64,000 bases of DNA from Bigelowiella natans CCMP2755 (lineage: Eukaryota > Protista > Cercozoa), in NCBI GenBank assembly GCA_000320545.1, contig ADNK01000742.1, positions 1 to 64,000 of the forward strand, given 5' to 3'. Position numbers and translations under genes: made by a program. How positions within the stretch are numbered: the first letter of the stretch is position 1; each line of letters opens with the position of its first letter. Shown piece after piece: positions 37,476-51,300 of the stretch. The notes under the pieces were generated by a model that made no database searches, was not told where the DNA came from, and saw nothing but the letters and a program-made list of their open reading frames with translations.

Positions 37476-40135
37476 ATGTTTCATATCAATGTGATCTTCA
37501 ATCAAAAGGAAAACTTTGACGGCCTCAAGAAAGAAGAATATATAATAACTACCTCTAAAGAAGACCACTCTAACAATGTCACACCCCCCGTTCATGCAAA
37601 ACCGGGATCCGATCACATTGCAAACAAGGCGAAAGAGTCCAGCAGCACCCCGGCAGCGCCCAAACCCAATCACATGGGAGAAATCGGTCTTACCGATGCC
37701 GAAAAGTAGGACTCCCAAAAGGTAAATGTATTGGCACAGCTCACGCGCTTTATTTATTCCATTTTTTTGGTCGGCAGATCGAGCCCAAAGTCCACTGGCA
37801 TTAGTCCTAAGGCTCGGGGCCGAATAGACTTATTTGTACGTAAATTTGATAGCGGGGAATACCAAATTGATACATGATACCTCCGATTGACAGCATTGTG
37901 GTATTCTCGAATGGTCACATAATTTGCATGGGGTACAGAGAAATAATCGAGCCAAACGCGCAGCAAAAGCCATTCTCCGCAACTACACTGCGCTAGGAGA
38001 TGAGAAAAGAACGACAAAGTCAGATACCTACCCAGTTGGAGACAAAACCTGCACACACCGATACACTCTTAATTTCGTAAAGTCGTCTTCTTTTTTGTAA
38101 GCATGTATGTTATCGACACTCGTTCATATAATGATCCGTTGTAACGTATATTATAATCACTGAAGGTGCTTTTCACCGAGCTCACGAAATAGTAAAGGGA
38201 AGGATACACATAATGCACTCTCTCCGAGCTCTCGAAGCAGCATGTTTCACGGGATACTCCCAACCCGCAAAGCGACTGCATCATCGAGTGGCTTCAAAAT
38301 CGTTGTGGACCATTTTGCTAGCCAAGGATGCCGACCTAGTATGGAGGTCGTAAGTAGCATTTCAACTGCCTGCATGGAGAAAGACGTGTGTAGATTTGGA
38401 TTTCTTTTGAGCCTGGGTATTACTCAATTTCAGGACGAAACATTAGAATGTGCGGAGTTCTACATACCGAATCACCAGAGGTTTGGTGGCGAGAAGATCG
38501 TTTCCTATAGCAGCATTGCTGTAGATTCGTAGGACTCAAATGATCAATCTAAACGTTGAAATGCTATAATTGATGCGTTATCAACTGTCTGAATATGTTA
38601 ACACTAGGCCTGGCCCGTGGTCCTTTCACGGAGTGTTTGATGGCCATGGAGGTTCGACGTATCAATTAACTTTTTAAACGGACTATGCTATTGTCAAGCC
38701 TCCATCCACTCTTCATATCCATCCCCCGATATTGGTAGAACTGATATTGGAACTGTTCCACCGCCAGGCAAGCGCTCAGCAACATTCGTCAAGTCATATT
38801 TGCACAAAGAAGTGATCAAAGAGCTGAAGACGGTTTGTAGTCTTATTTACTTATTCGACATAAAAATGCGTCTTTTTCTCTATCCCTCCCACAAAACGCC
38901 ATAATGATGATCCATTTTCTAGCGTCTGAACGATACACGTCTTGTCGTACTACAGGGAAGCTCTGCGAACGCTGCTCTAGTACGGGCCTTTCAAAAGATC
39001 GACAGGAAATTATGTCAGCCTCTCATTAAGTATCGATTGATGGGAAAAGATTTGATGGGCTGTTGCGAACGTGTGTGTGGGGGTTTGTGCTGTTGTTCTT
39101 ATTTCATAGATCAGGTGAACGAATTCTCAGGATGTACAGCGATTATTTGCTTAATATACCACCCCACCGGAGAAGCATGGGTATTTCATCTATCTGCTTA
39201 TTTATATAGAACTTTTCCCCGATCATCTTCACAAAGTAGAATATGCAGATGAACACGTCCTCCCCCTCATTTCCGTCTTATGACTTGTCTTTGGCCAGAC
39301 TGCAAATGTAGGCGATTCGCGTGCAGTTCTCAGTCATGATGGCAAAGCTGTTCCTTTATCGAAGGTCACGCCATGCAATTTATATTGAAAGGGAAGCCTT
39401 ATTATGAAATAAAAAATATTTTCCTAAAACGACAAAACATCGCAGGACCATAAACCAAATAGGCCTGACGAGCTAGCGCGAATCAAAAGAGCAGGTACAT
39501 TATTGCCTTCATTTTCTACTACCTGTTGGCCATTTTGCGGTATGCCTTTGCCAAGTTTAAGGCAATTACAACCCGGTATACTAAGCGGATCAAACCACAT
39601 GCGTTCACATAGGCGGAATGGTGTTCCACTCTCGTATAAATGGAGAATTAGCTGTGTCTCGGGCTTTCGGAGATGCGCGATGGAAGCGTGACAGGAACAA
39701 ACTCGTTACTGCGGAGCCAGAAATTAGCTACAGAAAGCTTTGTAAAGAGGTACGTGGAATCACCTGTAAGCTCAATATCTCGGTTTCATTCGATAACTCA
39801 TTCCTATGATCTCTTCTTAGGATGACTTCATTGTTCTCGCTTGCGATGGTAATACTAATCTTCGTTGATTATTTAAATGAATACAGCTGCGGCAGCTGCA
39901 AATTGCTTTGTCATATAAACGCCTTTTATCTCAAAAATTTACGTAACCAGGCTTGTTCGATGTCATGAGTAACGGTGAGGTTACAGCTTTCATCAAAGCA
40001 ACTAGAAAGATAGGGAAGAAAGGTACTTCAGGGATTGCGGAAACCATCGTCAACCATTCTATTGTCAGCTTAGAAACTATGGACAACGTGTCAGTGTGCA
40101 TTTTATTTTTCAAGTGGAACAAATTAAAAAAGTAA
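37476..40135 (+). CDS. PP2C/PPM-family Ser/Thr protein phosphatase, multi-exon; start uncertain
   Basis: Exons give QGCRPSMED, GVFDGHGG, SGCTA, ANVGDSRAVL, DHKPNRPDELARI, RINGELAVSRAFGD, VTAEPEI, FIVLACDGLFDVMSN, DNVSVCI. Confidence 0.93.
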
Positions 40136-40627
40136 TAATTCATATATCTATTTATGTATGTGTGAGAAGGTCCAAATACCTTTGAAAGAATGTACACTAT
40201 TAACGCGCACGAATTATTAAGACGTTCACGCTCAAACATGCCGTGCGTTTTCACCACTGTCGTCAACCTAATGCCGCTATGCAGCATCTGTTTGCATTTG
40301 TCCTAACAAACAAACACACAACAACAGTCTGTTCGTGTTATCACATGATTTCGATCGTTGTGGATCCATGTCAGCAGTGCGACTTGTTCGCAAGGCACGT
40401 GCATGCGTGCATGGCAGCATGACACTAGCATGTGTGCGCCCTCACAACGTGTGTGCACACATGCTTGTTGCCTGAGCATGCCCGTCACCACTTCATGCTC
40501 TCATTGCCATCATTGTCATTGTCATCATTCATCATCGTTTTCATCATTGACGCTCATTCAAATGAACACAGTTCCTGCACAATGATCGACGATGATGACA
40601 CTGTGAGTTGATGGGATGCACACACTG

Positions 40628-40661
<34 letters not shown>

Positions 40662-40719
40662 TTCGTTTGCAAGGAAAACATTTTGTTGAACTTGCGTGTC
40701 TAAAGATCTTGTTCTTCCA

Positions 40720-40993
40720 AGGATCTGAGCACGTGTGCGTGCAGCGCAGCGCTGATTCAAAGCTTCTGAATTCGTTTGATGTCCTCATCAACAGCGGTTT
40801 GGATCGATTCGCTGTCAACCGCACCTGTGATGGCTGCTCTCTAGGAGCGAGGATGGATTCACAACGTGGACCACATGAGTTCATCCGATCATGTTGTTTA
40901 GGTGAAAAAAAACTGCTGCTTCACAGTGGCAATGTCTGCTCACACAGTGATGATGGTGGCCCAAAGTTCAACCACCAGCCGCTTCCATCGAGG
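40720..40993 (+). pseudogene. Probable decayed exon within a TpA-depleted island (about 40230-41210)
   Basis: Open frame bounded by AG and GT, Tyr-free and rich in Cys/His (GSEHVCVQR...RSCCLGEK...NVCSHSDD). Confidence 0.4.
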
Positions 40994-41476
40994 TTGTTGA
41001 TGACACAACTTTGCACAGCACGATGAATGGACATCCTTGAATGAATGAACAACTTGAAAGAATGAATGAATGAAACGGTTCCACAGGAACGGTTGAAAGG
41101 ATCACAGGATCACAGGTCACGCCAATGCCGAACAATGAACAATGATGACAAACTGCACTTCCAAAGTGTTGCAAGACATTTGCAGTGTGCGAAACGCAGT
41201 GCCTCGAACTAACTTCAGTGAGACCTAACTAGTGAAACCAGAAGGAATTCAAGAACAACATTCTAGCCATTCCTGAGGGCTACATCTAATCGACGGAAGA
41301 CGATCACGGTCTCGGCCCCGGTCGCGAGCACTGAGTGAACTTGGCATCGGGCCGCACCCTTTTTAGGAAAAAATGACCACCAAATCTTTTCCAGATGTTG
41401 TCGCAGATGCAGATTATCCTGGATTCGTTTGACCTACAGTTTCCACAAAAGAAACGCTTAGATCTAACTCGCGCCG

Positions 41477-43138
41477 ATGTCGGCGCAGGTGCATCCCAGT
41501 GAACGGACGGCACAATCGAGTAACAAGTTTAGAGTTCATAGTACTCATGCGGCCACAAAGGAACAGAAAAATAGAAGCCACGAACTTGAGGCAGGCGAAG
41601 CAGAGGAAGCACGTCATTCAGATGCACAGGTAAACGAGGAAAGGAAGCAACTTCGAGCCACCTCCGTTACCAACTTGGAGAAGTCCAATCCAACCCCTGA
41701 CAAATGGCATCCTAGAGATTCTTGTGAAGCGGACCTTGAGACGGCCTGGCGACTGGCAGAAGACAGGTGCTGCGGTCGGCTGCTCTCTGGATGCTCTCTA
41801 ACATGTGGGGCCCTTGGCAGCGCCTGCACGGCCATGTCAAAATTCAACTGCTGCTATCGGTGCTTTCTTTCGGTTGTGCTCTCGCTTTTCATCCTACCGA
41901 AAGAGCTCGCGAGTTACTTTGCCATCATTTTCGCCCCGGAGGTGATGGCGTTCACGTTCCTCCTGGACACGTGGGACACAGTGTCGGACGTCATTTTGGC
42001 GGTGAACTTTGGCGGCGAGAAAGTCGAAAATTCATTATTCATTAACTTGTTAACATTTCATTTTATAGCAGGACAAGTGTGTTTTCTCTTAAAATGGTTT
42101 TAAACGTTTTTATATTAAGTTGAACTAGAAGTAAATGAAGAGAATATTTCAACAATAATTTGATGTCGGACAGGTGGACTACCAGTTTTGGGTCATCATG
42201 GCGCTCATCTTCGGAACGTGGAATCTGGTCCTAATCCCAACCCTAACCCTATTATCCTTAATCCTAGACCAATTCCAGCCCAAACCCTAACCCTAGGTAT
42301 ATGAGTTCTTCTGGATCGTGCAGGGTCGTAGCAGGCTGACAGCCTACAAGAGCTTCATGATCAATAATGTAGCCGACCCCCACAAAGCCCCGGGCAGCGA
42401 CACCGGAAGCAATAGAAGAGGTAAGTTCGCCAACACTCTTGCCATGTTCGGTCGCTGTGTAGCGGAGGATGGTCTGGTTATGATTGCAGCTCTTCTGCGC
42501 GGGAAGAAGATAGAGGGGCTCGGAGGTATTAAGATCTTTGTTATGTCAGTAAATATTTTTAAAAAGATATGATTCAATATTTTTGAAAAGATATGATTTA
42601 TCTTCATTTAAAAATTCATACTCCATATTTTTTAATACATAGAACAGTCAGCGTTCGCCACTTCACTGCTGTTCCTGGCCCTTTGCATCCTGAACATGGC
42701 CGACCTGCTAATTTTAGTATTCAGCCATTCGCTGAATGAACGAAATCCTATTTCTCCGGTACTTTTTACTCTTTGTGTGGGGGGTATCCCCTTCGGGGTT
42801 ATGATCACCCTTTGGGTTCACTTCCTCCTCCTTTTCTTTACGGACGTGGAATACAGCGAGATAGCCCAGGCGTTCATCCATTTGGCTGGTGTCATCATAT
42901 TAATGGTGTCATTCTGCAGCCTTGGCTGCCAATCGTTGCCTCTGGAAACAGTAGGAACGAGATTCACCAGCAACAAAGACAATTTCCGTATTGGAACCTT
43001 TTCGCCAGTAGTGGACATCTGTGGGCGGCTCGATGAGTGCTGCGCGTGTGCAAAGGAGAGCAAGGTACGTACGTGGCATCGTATGTGCATGTATGTGTCG
43101 GTGCACATGCATGTGTCTGTGTGTGTGTGTGTGTGTGC

Positions 43139-43177
<39 letters not shown>

Positions 43178-43327
43178 GTGTGTGTTGATACTTGCATAAA
43201 TTTGAACATGTAGATGGATTCCGAGGATCGTAAAAGCTTTTTCATGCACGCCAGCATGTGGATGTTCTCACGAGTTAGCAAGCCAGCGGCTTGGACTTCC
43301 GGTTTGATATGCTGCCTGGCTCAGTGA
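41477..43327 (+). CDS. Multi-pass membrane protein of unknown family (about 5 exons)
   Basis: In-frame exon chain ...DTWDTVSDVILAVNFGGEK|VDYQFWVIMALIFGTWNL|VYEFFWIVQGRS... with several hydrophobic helices. Confidence 0.7.
42228..42296 (+). repeat. 69-nt intron composed of degenerate (CCCTAA)n telomeric repeat
   Basis: gtcctaatcccaaccctaaccctattatccttaatcctagaccaattccagcccaaaccctaaccctag. It contains an in-frame TAA. Confidence 0.8.
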
Positions 43328-45306
43328 GTGCCAAATCGCCAACATCACCTGAGCCAGAGCACCCGCAATCTTCCACTCCATCAGGGAGGGCTGGCATCAA
43401 GTTGCGGACGGGAATGTTCTTGTTAGAGATTCAAAATATGCATCCTCCGAGTATTTAAATTACATATTTGAAGATAGCTCCTACTATCGATAACATGGAT
43501 AGTCATATATCATGGAAGCCATGCGAGATATTTCTTTTTCCAGAGAGTTGTGTGAATATTGTCCGCACTCACCTCGGGAGATGTGGGTTTAACCCATCGA
43601 AGCTGGGAACCTCTCCAAGCTAGCAAGGCTAGGGACATCAAGGTCCGTGGTCGATGGACCACGAGTTCCATCGGTGAAGGCTTGAGGAGGAAAACAAAGC
43701 GCTCATCATGCAAAAAACATGGCACACATGGTGCTTTCCGATCCGTCAAACAATCATTTAACACTCGTCGCGTTCATCGAAGAACTACCATGCCATTTTT
43801 ACTCGATTGACGATTACGATTTTCTGGCGCTACAACATGTGCATGTTCATGGGACGGATGCAATGGATTGATTGAACATTTTCAACACAAACGTCATCTC
43901 AATCTAGCAATGTAGCTATGCAATGATGTTGCAGCAGCCGTGAAAACATGTTCCCAGCGGCTGCCCAGCGCTCATGCTGCATGTTCCATCTGATTGTTTT
44001 CCGCTGTTGCATCTTCGATTCATGCACGCAATGCAAAGACATTCATGCACGTCGCCTCGCACGCGGCGAGAAGTGGGTCCTGTGACACAATTCTTTTTTT
44101 GTGTATTTTTAACATATTCTGCGATACCTATTGATATATTCTCGTTACTGCATTGACTCTTTCGTGAGAAGTAGTACTTAAACTCTCTTCATCATACATG
44201 CTCCCTGTCTTAGGTTTCTGCAGAACTCTATATCAGAGGAAGCACCGCATGCTGCTTCATTAGGAGGTGCAACCTTCATTTCGTTGCCTTCCAAGAGGGT
44301 ACTACCAAGAGAAGCTAAGTTTGAATCTACTGCTGGCGTTTGGTTTCTTGCGATTTTGTTTCAACATTATCAAGATCCCGGCGTCCTTCCGGAGCATCAA
44401 AGCCCTATATTGCCATCAAATCGCGCGGTTATGAACAAATAGTAATCCCCCCCCCCCCCCCAAACCGTATTATAAGAATGAATTGAAGGCGGGGTTTAAT
44501 CATATCTCAGATGAAATAAAAAATGATGACTCGTTCTGCGAGATTCCATCATATACGACCAAAAACGTTCTCATCAAAAGAAAACTTGACATTGCTAGCA
44601 CCGCTCTTCATAGTGGACCTCCCACTTCTCCTGTCTAAGTTTCCCTCTTTTGTTGTACCTCCTGTTCAATCGATGACGTCGATTTATTTGGAAGTGAAAA
44701 TGAAGCATTGAATCCAAAACCACTGTTGCTTACAGAGCCGTCTTCTCCGGATTTCTTATCATCCATTTCTACACACGTATATAATAATGCGTGGCGCATT
44801 TTTCAGCATTATTACAGTATAACAGGTGCGCTCTAAAATGAAGTTGTCCAAGACGAAGCAAAGGGAGCTGCTACCTACTTTAATTACCATGTCTACTTCA
44901 CCTAACTACTCCTTCTAATAAACTAATGCACTGAAAAGCGCACACGAGCACACACATCCCTCTACCTGGCACCGTGTTATCGCCGGAAGATTCCACTTTC
45001 GGAAGCTCAGATATCTCTCCAGACGGTGATTTGGTAGGCTTTTCGTTCACGATAGTTACGGCTGGCAAATCTTGACTAAATTATATGTAAATATGTTATT
45101 ATGTCTAGTTGCGAAACTGCACGGCAAGTTCATTTATGGTGATGTGTCACAGATTGCATTCGTATTCTAAGAGAGGCCTCACCCGCAGGCCAGCAATGAC
45201 ATTATTAATGTTTGTGCATCAGCAAATCTGTCTACATATTTTGAATATTCTTGTGAATCTTTTGCTAACGATTCTAGATTTCGAACTCCTCCTTCCTAAT
45301 CTTACA

Positions 45307-48300
45307 TTATGAGTAGTACCTCGTTGCAGAGGATAATATGTTTTTGGGCATCTTCAGCTGGTGCTGGGGGTTGTCGCCGTCAACACTGCGTGGTGTCTCC
45401 GCTTCTTTCTTAGTATCCTGATCTCTAGAACTATCTGAACCATTGTTGTTGCGTGCATGTCGTCTTGACCTTGGATTTCTCGGAGACACTCCATCTGCTT
45501 CTCCTCCGTCGTGCTGCCTATTTTCTCTAGACCTCGATCGAGATCGAGATCTGTCTCTGACAATCACATTTGGGGCAGGTTTCCAGCGCCCACCTTCTGC
45601 AACCGTTGACTGCAACCTGTCAGCGTATTCAATGGGAACCCGTAGTGGCAACGACAGAACGCTCAACATCAGCCATCGGAGCTTCTGCCTCGAGCCTTCC
45701 TCGTTCTTGTGGAAACGATTCAGCGCCAAGAACTTGCGATAGTCAGGCTTTGTAATGTTGAGGTTGAAGAAACGGTGCATCACGAAGGACCATTCGCTCA
45801 TGTAGCGTGCCTCCCAGAATCGCGAGTGTTTCTTGTGGCGCAGTACAGTCCGGCGAAGCGTGTGGAGAAGTATAACATCGAAGCCTAGTGTTTCGTCCTT
45901 CTTTTTCTCTTCTTTGCCCTTCTTGAGGTTGATCTTTTTCTTCACTTCCTCACGTTTCTTAGCTTCGTGCGACATAGAACCCTTGCTCATACTCATACTA
46001 TGAGCAGTGAATTTTGAGTTGGATTTGGTATCAGCACCTTCTTGGCCAGCAGCAGCTCCCTTCGATTTATCTGCCTCAGGTTCCACGATTTCATGAAGCA
46101 CGCCCAAGTCCATTTTGCCCAAGTCCATCTCAGTTGATCGCTTGCGATCATGGTGCTTGACTATGGCGGCCTTGAGGTCTATGCTGAATACGTAGGCATT
46201 TCCTTGATCGTCAGTCACAATGAGGCTTTTGGAAGGGTTTGGACGGGGGATGTGCATCTTTGTTATATTAATAGGACGCTTTCGATTGTCCAGTTCTTGC
46301 GCAATCTCGCCGTGTTCTGTCAGCAATGGTGCCTTTGAGAGCTTGAACCATTCAACAGCCTCAAAGGTTCGTCCCTATTGCATTCAGAACATAGGAAAAT
46401 GTTACACACGTAGGAAAAGAAGTGATGGAGGAAGGCGGAAAGGAAGAGGAGGAGGAAGAGGAGGAGGAAGGGGAGGAGGAGGAAATTTCTCTCGACGTGC
46501 ACGACGACCTTCTATCACAAGTTAACAACTTGCGTAATGGTAGAACACATACACAACATTATCTCATCATCATCATCATTTTTCTACACCTGATAATCTT
46601 TAGAGTCCGCAAGGCGATGTCCTTCGAAGTGATTGGACTTACCTCCTTCTTTCATGATGACTGGCTTCACGGTATACGTATCATGTATTTTAAGCGTACC
46701 GACGTTCGCAGCATCTTTATCGTCAACTGGCTCTGATGCCTTTTGGACCTTTTTGATCTGAACAAGTAAGCCATGCCCCTTGCCCGGTCCATCGGGTGCA
46801 ATCATCACCGCCCGATCGCCGACGAAGAAAGTGTTTTGTAGGTAGTGTCGTATTGAACGAACGTTAATTGTCTGTAGAATCTTCATTCCATCTCGCAGAG
46901 AAATGACGGCTATGGTCCCCATAGTAAGCACGAAGCAGATGCTTTGGTGCTGTTCCTTGTAAGGAAGAAATTGGAGAATCTTCCGGCCAAGCTGCAGCTG
47001 CTTCGACCCTTGTCTGTTAGGGGCTATTCGAGACTCAGCTCCCATAGAGTATATCTGTGGTCGGATCGACCCATCGTCAGTCCCTGCTAATATAACGAGA
47101 TCCTTCTCCTTCGTAGCATTAACATCATCGAACATGTGCGTGACGGTGGTAATCACAGACACAAAATCATCGAAAGTCTCCCGATGAACTGCCCGACGTA
47201 GCACACCCATCGGAGACCCGTTCTCGTCCAGTTCGAGGCGCATTGGCGAGATATCAAAGGTGTGAAGCTTGCTCTTGCCGTCACTCTCTGTGTACACTGC
47301 TAAGATTGTGGGCCAACGGCGGCGCTCAATGAGATGTAGGCCGGAGATCTTGGAATCGAACGGCTTCATGTAGAAGGGATCAAATATTAAAGGTACCGAG
47401 TTCCTTTCTTCACCCCAAACAACTTCAAAAAGACATACCTGGCCGTCCTCGCCTGCTGTAACGACTAATGAGCCTTTCCACTTGGATTTAGGGCGAGGAT
47501 TAGAGATATGCATGTGGGTTACACTTCCCTCGTGCACTGGATAGTCGACCTCAATGTCGTCTAGTTCGGGCCATACCATAATCCCTTCCATGTTCCAAAA
47601 CCGAACACGGCCATCCGTTGCGCCAGATACGACATAGGATTGGTCATCAAGGCCGTGAACAAACCCGATACAGGAAACCGAGACCTTTGCATCCTCGCGT
47701 GTCTCTAGGTGGCCGGTCCACTGGGCAGAATTCCCTAAGGGAACATCCCAAGCGTGAATAGATCCATCGATGCTCGCGCCAACAACGTATCGCTTGTCCC
47801 GTGAAATTGCAACATCGTTCATGTGCTCTATCTTGGGCTTCGAAGGCTGTTTCTTTTTCTTTTTTGGCTTCTGTGGTTCTAGTGGGGAACCAGGGCCGAA
47901 GTCTAAGGTTTCTGATTTAAGCTTATCATCGAACAATATGTCTTCAATTATGTTTCCTTCGTTGTCCTTGGCATCGCCATCATCCTCAAATCTCACCTTA
48001 ATCCGATTCGTTTTGTCATTATCCAAGGTACTGCTTACATTGTCGTCGTTCAATATGTTTTCGACGGCCTTTTCATCCTCTTGATCAATACCACTACCCT
48101 TACTACGACTATTTTGCTTGGGAGGGGTGTGATCTTCGCCCAGCTCGTTTGGTTTCTCGGCAGGGGTTTGGAGAGGCTGTTTCTGCTCTTCTTCCGCTAT
48201 TGCTCCTAGTTCCTTCATCAAGACGGGTGTTTTGGAGTTCTCCGCGTATTCGATATCACTCACTCTCTTAATCTCCTCGTTGGCTGACTTCGTGACACTA

Positions 48301-51300
48301 TAATGAACAAGTCCGCCCCTTTTCTTTCCACCCCAACCGTCGATAGTCACGAAACCCTGTGACTTCTGGTCCGCGCTCGGGTTTAAGAATAGCAGAGGAG
48401 CTGTCCTGAACTTAGCCATGACTTTAGAATCTGACTGTTGGAGATATTCCCATATTCTTTTCCGCCTGCAATCGGAGACAAGGAAGGGTGAGATTCCTGT
48501 GCAATGGGCCTGTGAGACTCCTAGAATCTCCTCGAAACACGACTGACACATCTGCTGGATGCGACGAGCGAACTGTACTTTGTCTCTCATTGGCGTGTTA
48601 TCATCATCAATCCACGCATTCGCGAAGATAACGCCAAGATCAGAGAGGATCGGGGATTTCGATATCATATTCCGCACACTCATCTGAGCCCTGTCCATCG
48701 CTCTGCGGATGGAAATTTTGGCGAGGTTTTGGCGCTCTTCTAATGCCTTTAAGTTATCAATGTTGACAGTTGCTCCTGCCTTTTCAAATTTCTTTTCTTT
48801 GATGGATGTCAATCCGGCCCCGCCTACGTTGAGACTAACGGACTCACTCCCTATGCCTCTCTGAGACTCAGCACGCGATGACGATGACAATAATCGTTTC
48901 TTTTCGTCTTCCTCCTCATCATCATCATCGCCATCACCTCGGCCACCAACTTGAGCTCCGGGGCCGTGTTTAGTATCAGAAGTATTGATACTTAAAGGAT
49001 GTTGAATATCTTCTTCACTCATTTTGGAATCAGGTTCATTGGCATTTTCCTTTCCAGTACCATCATCTTTCTCGTCTTCTTTCCCCTGTGATTTAGTTGC
49101 TGGATCATCGACGACTTTCTTATCCGTGTCTCCTGTGAGGAAAACAGAGTTGAACATTGACCTCCATGATGAGCCTTCTTTTTCTCCCTCCTCTTTCTTC
49201 TGCTCATCCTTTGTTTCATCTTTCTTTTCCTCGATTTTCTCGCTCTCGTCTTTTCCTGCATTCACCTCGCCTTTGTTCGAGTCGTCTTCTTTGTTTTCCT
49301 TACCTTCTTCTTTCTCCTTTGGTTTAGCGGATAAATCATCGTCGCCTCCAGTGGAGGCGGAAGCAGGAGAATTCTCATTCTCGCCTTTGTTCGAGTCGTC
49401 TTCTTCGGTGATATTCTTACTTTCCTTACCGTCCTCCTTGTCCACAGAAATCCCATTTTCGCTCTTTTCTCTGTCCTCCTTTGATTCGCCATCCATATTT
49501 TTATCGCCGCCATCGTCGGTTGACTTGCTTTCTTTCGCATTGTCCTTTTTCTCCTCCTCTTCTTTCCTGTCGTGACTCGTAGTCTTGTCGGTTATTTCTC
49601 CTTCCGAACTCACTTTTCCCTCTTTATCTTCTTCTCTTTTGTCCTCTGATATCTCCTCATTTTTCTCTGGGATCGTTGGGGGAGGTCGCTTTTTGGTAGT
49701 TTGTGAGAGGGAAGATGTTGCTATCATGGGCTTTGACGCCTTCGACATCTCTGGATGCTTCTTAAAGTCGTCCAAATTTATACCGGGACTACTTATGGCC
49801 GTGTTAGATATGTAATTCTTTGTCTTTTTCTTTGTAAAGCGCGGGGCGCTTGGCTCCGAATCCTCATCGCACCAGTCAACGCAGCAGCAACATTCCCCTC
49901 TATGTCCATCAATGTCCCTCTCTTTTGAGCAGCATCCGCCAGGTTCGCAGTGCTCCTTCTTGCAAACTAGAGCCATCCATACGTTGGCTTGTGAGAATTT
50001 TCTTCTCTCAAGAGCCCACATGTGCTGACAGTACTTGAATCGGAGGATCGTTTTGATGACAGGAACGGTGTCATGCAATTCGTCCCACACGGAGATGAAA
50101 ATGTAGGAACCGGTTGCAGTAATCGTCAGAATCACAGCAAAAGCAATGACTGTAGCAAGCTCCCCGTCTATCGGAAGCTCTTCTGTCAAAAACACTGTAC
50201 CTATAAAAAGCACGACGATATGGTTCCAAAGTGCAGCGGACTCGATCTCGTTGAGTTCCGACTCCACAAACGGGTTGAAGTAGAATTGCGCAAAAGTTGC
50301 GAAACAGAAGACCAGAAAGGCGCCTGTGACTTGCACGAATTTGGTATCCTCGAGAGAGAATAGCACGCGGAACAATTCGAGCATGAATTTGCGGAACAAT
50401 ACAGCGAACTCCCAGTACCAAAACTGGTTTGCATATTTTAAATATATGTAGCCATACTTGGACTTGTTGTCAGGGTGATACAACCCTTTCTCTCCGAGCA
50501 CGCCGTCGCCATACACCATCGCGATGAGAAAACCCGGGATCCCAAGACCCCAAATTATCAGAAATATCAGTGAAAATGTGACTAGAGTCCAATGCTGCCC
50601 CTCCCAGCATACAATCTCTTGGTCCGCCTGGAGAAACTCTTTATTGCCCACGGCTTTGATGCATACAAAGATCTCTAGGGCGCCACCAACGAGCACGAGA
50701 TGCGAGAAGAGAAGACACATACAAAGAGCATTGATCACCATGAACCAGGAGGCCTGGATCTTTGCCCGAATTTTGTCCTGCGTCTCATCGCTATCATCAT
50801 CAACACCATCCACGCGTTGCTTCTCGAACATCTCTAAGATCTGGTTGCTCAGGTTTTTGAAGAGCTCTGAATCCTTGTCCTTGGTCAAAATGAAGTTGTT
50901 GGCCATGAACTTGTGGAACTGTGGCGAGTACATCCACATGATCCCGCCGCTATGCGTCTTTAGAGCTAGTTTCTTCCACTTCTCAATCTGCTGGGCCTGG
51001 TGTTCCTCCTCCATTTCAAGTCGCACCTCCGCTTTACTTTTTATGATGGTAAAATCATCGGCGGCGACCTCCGTGTCTTTCTTCTCCTGATCAAACATCC
51101 TCCGTTGCTCTTCTTGTGTAGCGGCGCGGCCTTGAACATATAGGTCCTCATCCATTTGGCACTCCAGAAAAGCTAACCACTGAGATTCATCATGGCCAAT
51201 GTGGATATCCTGATTCAGCTTCACATAAGCACGGTCGAACGCGCTGAGGCCCTTCTTCCGATAACCAACCTTTTCTGTGTCTTTCTGATCGTCCTGGTCA

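Noticed and set aside
45296-45319. Possible 24-nt micro-intron at the end of the giant gene
   Set aside because: Splicing would add only a few codons before another stop, and it cannot be supported without transcripts.
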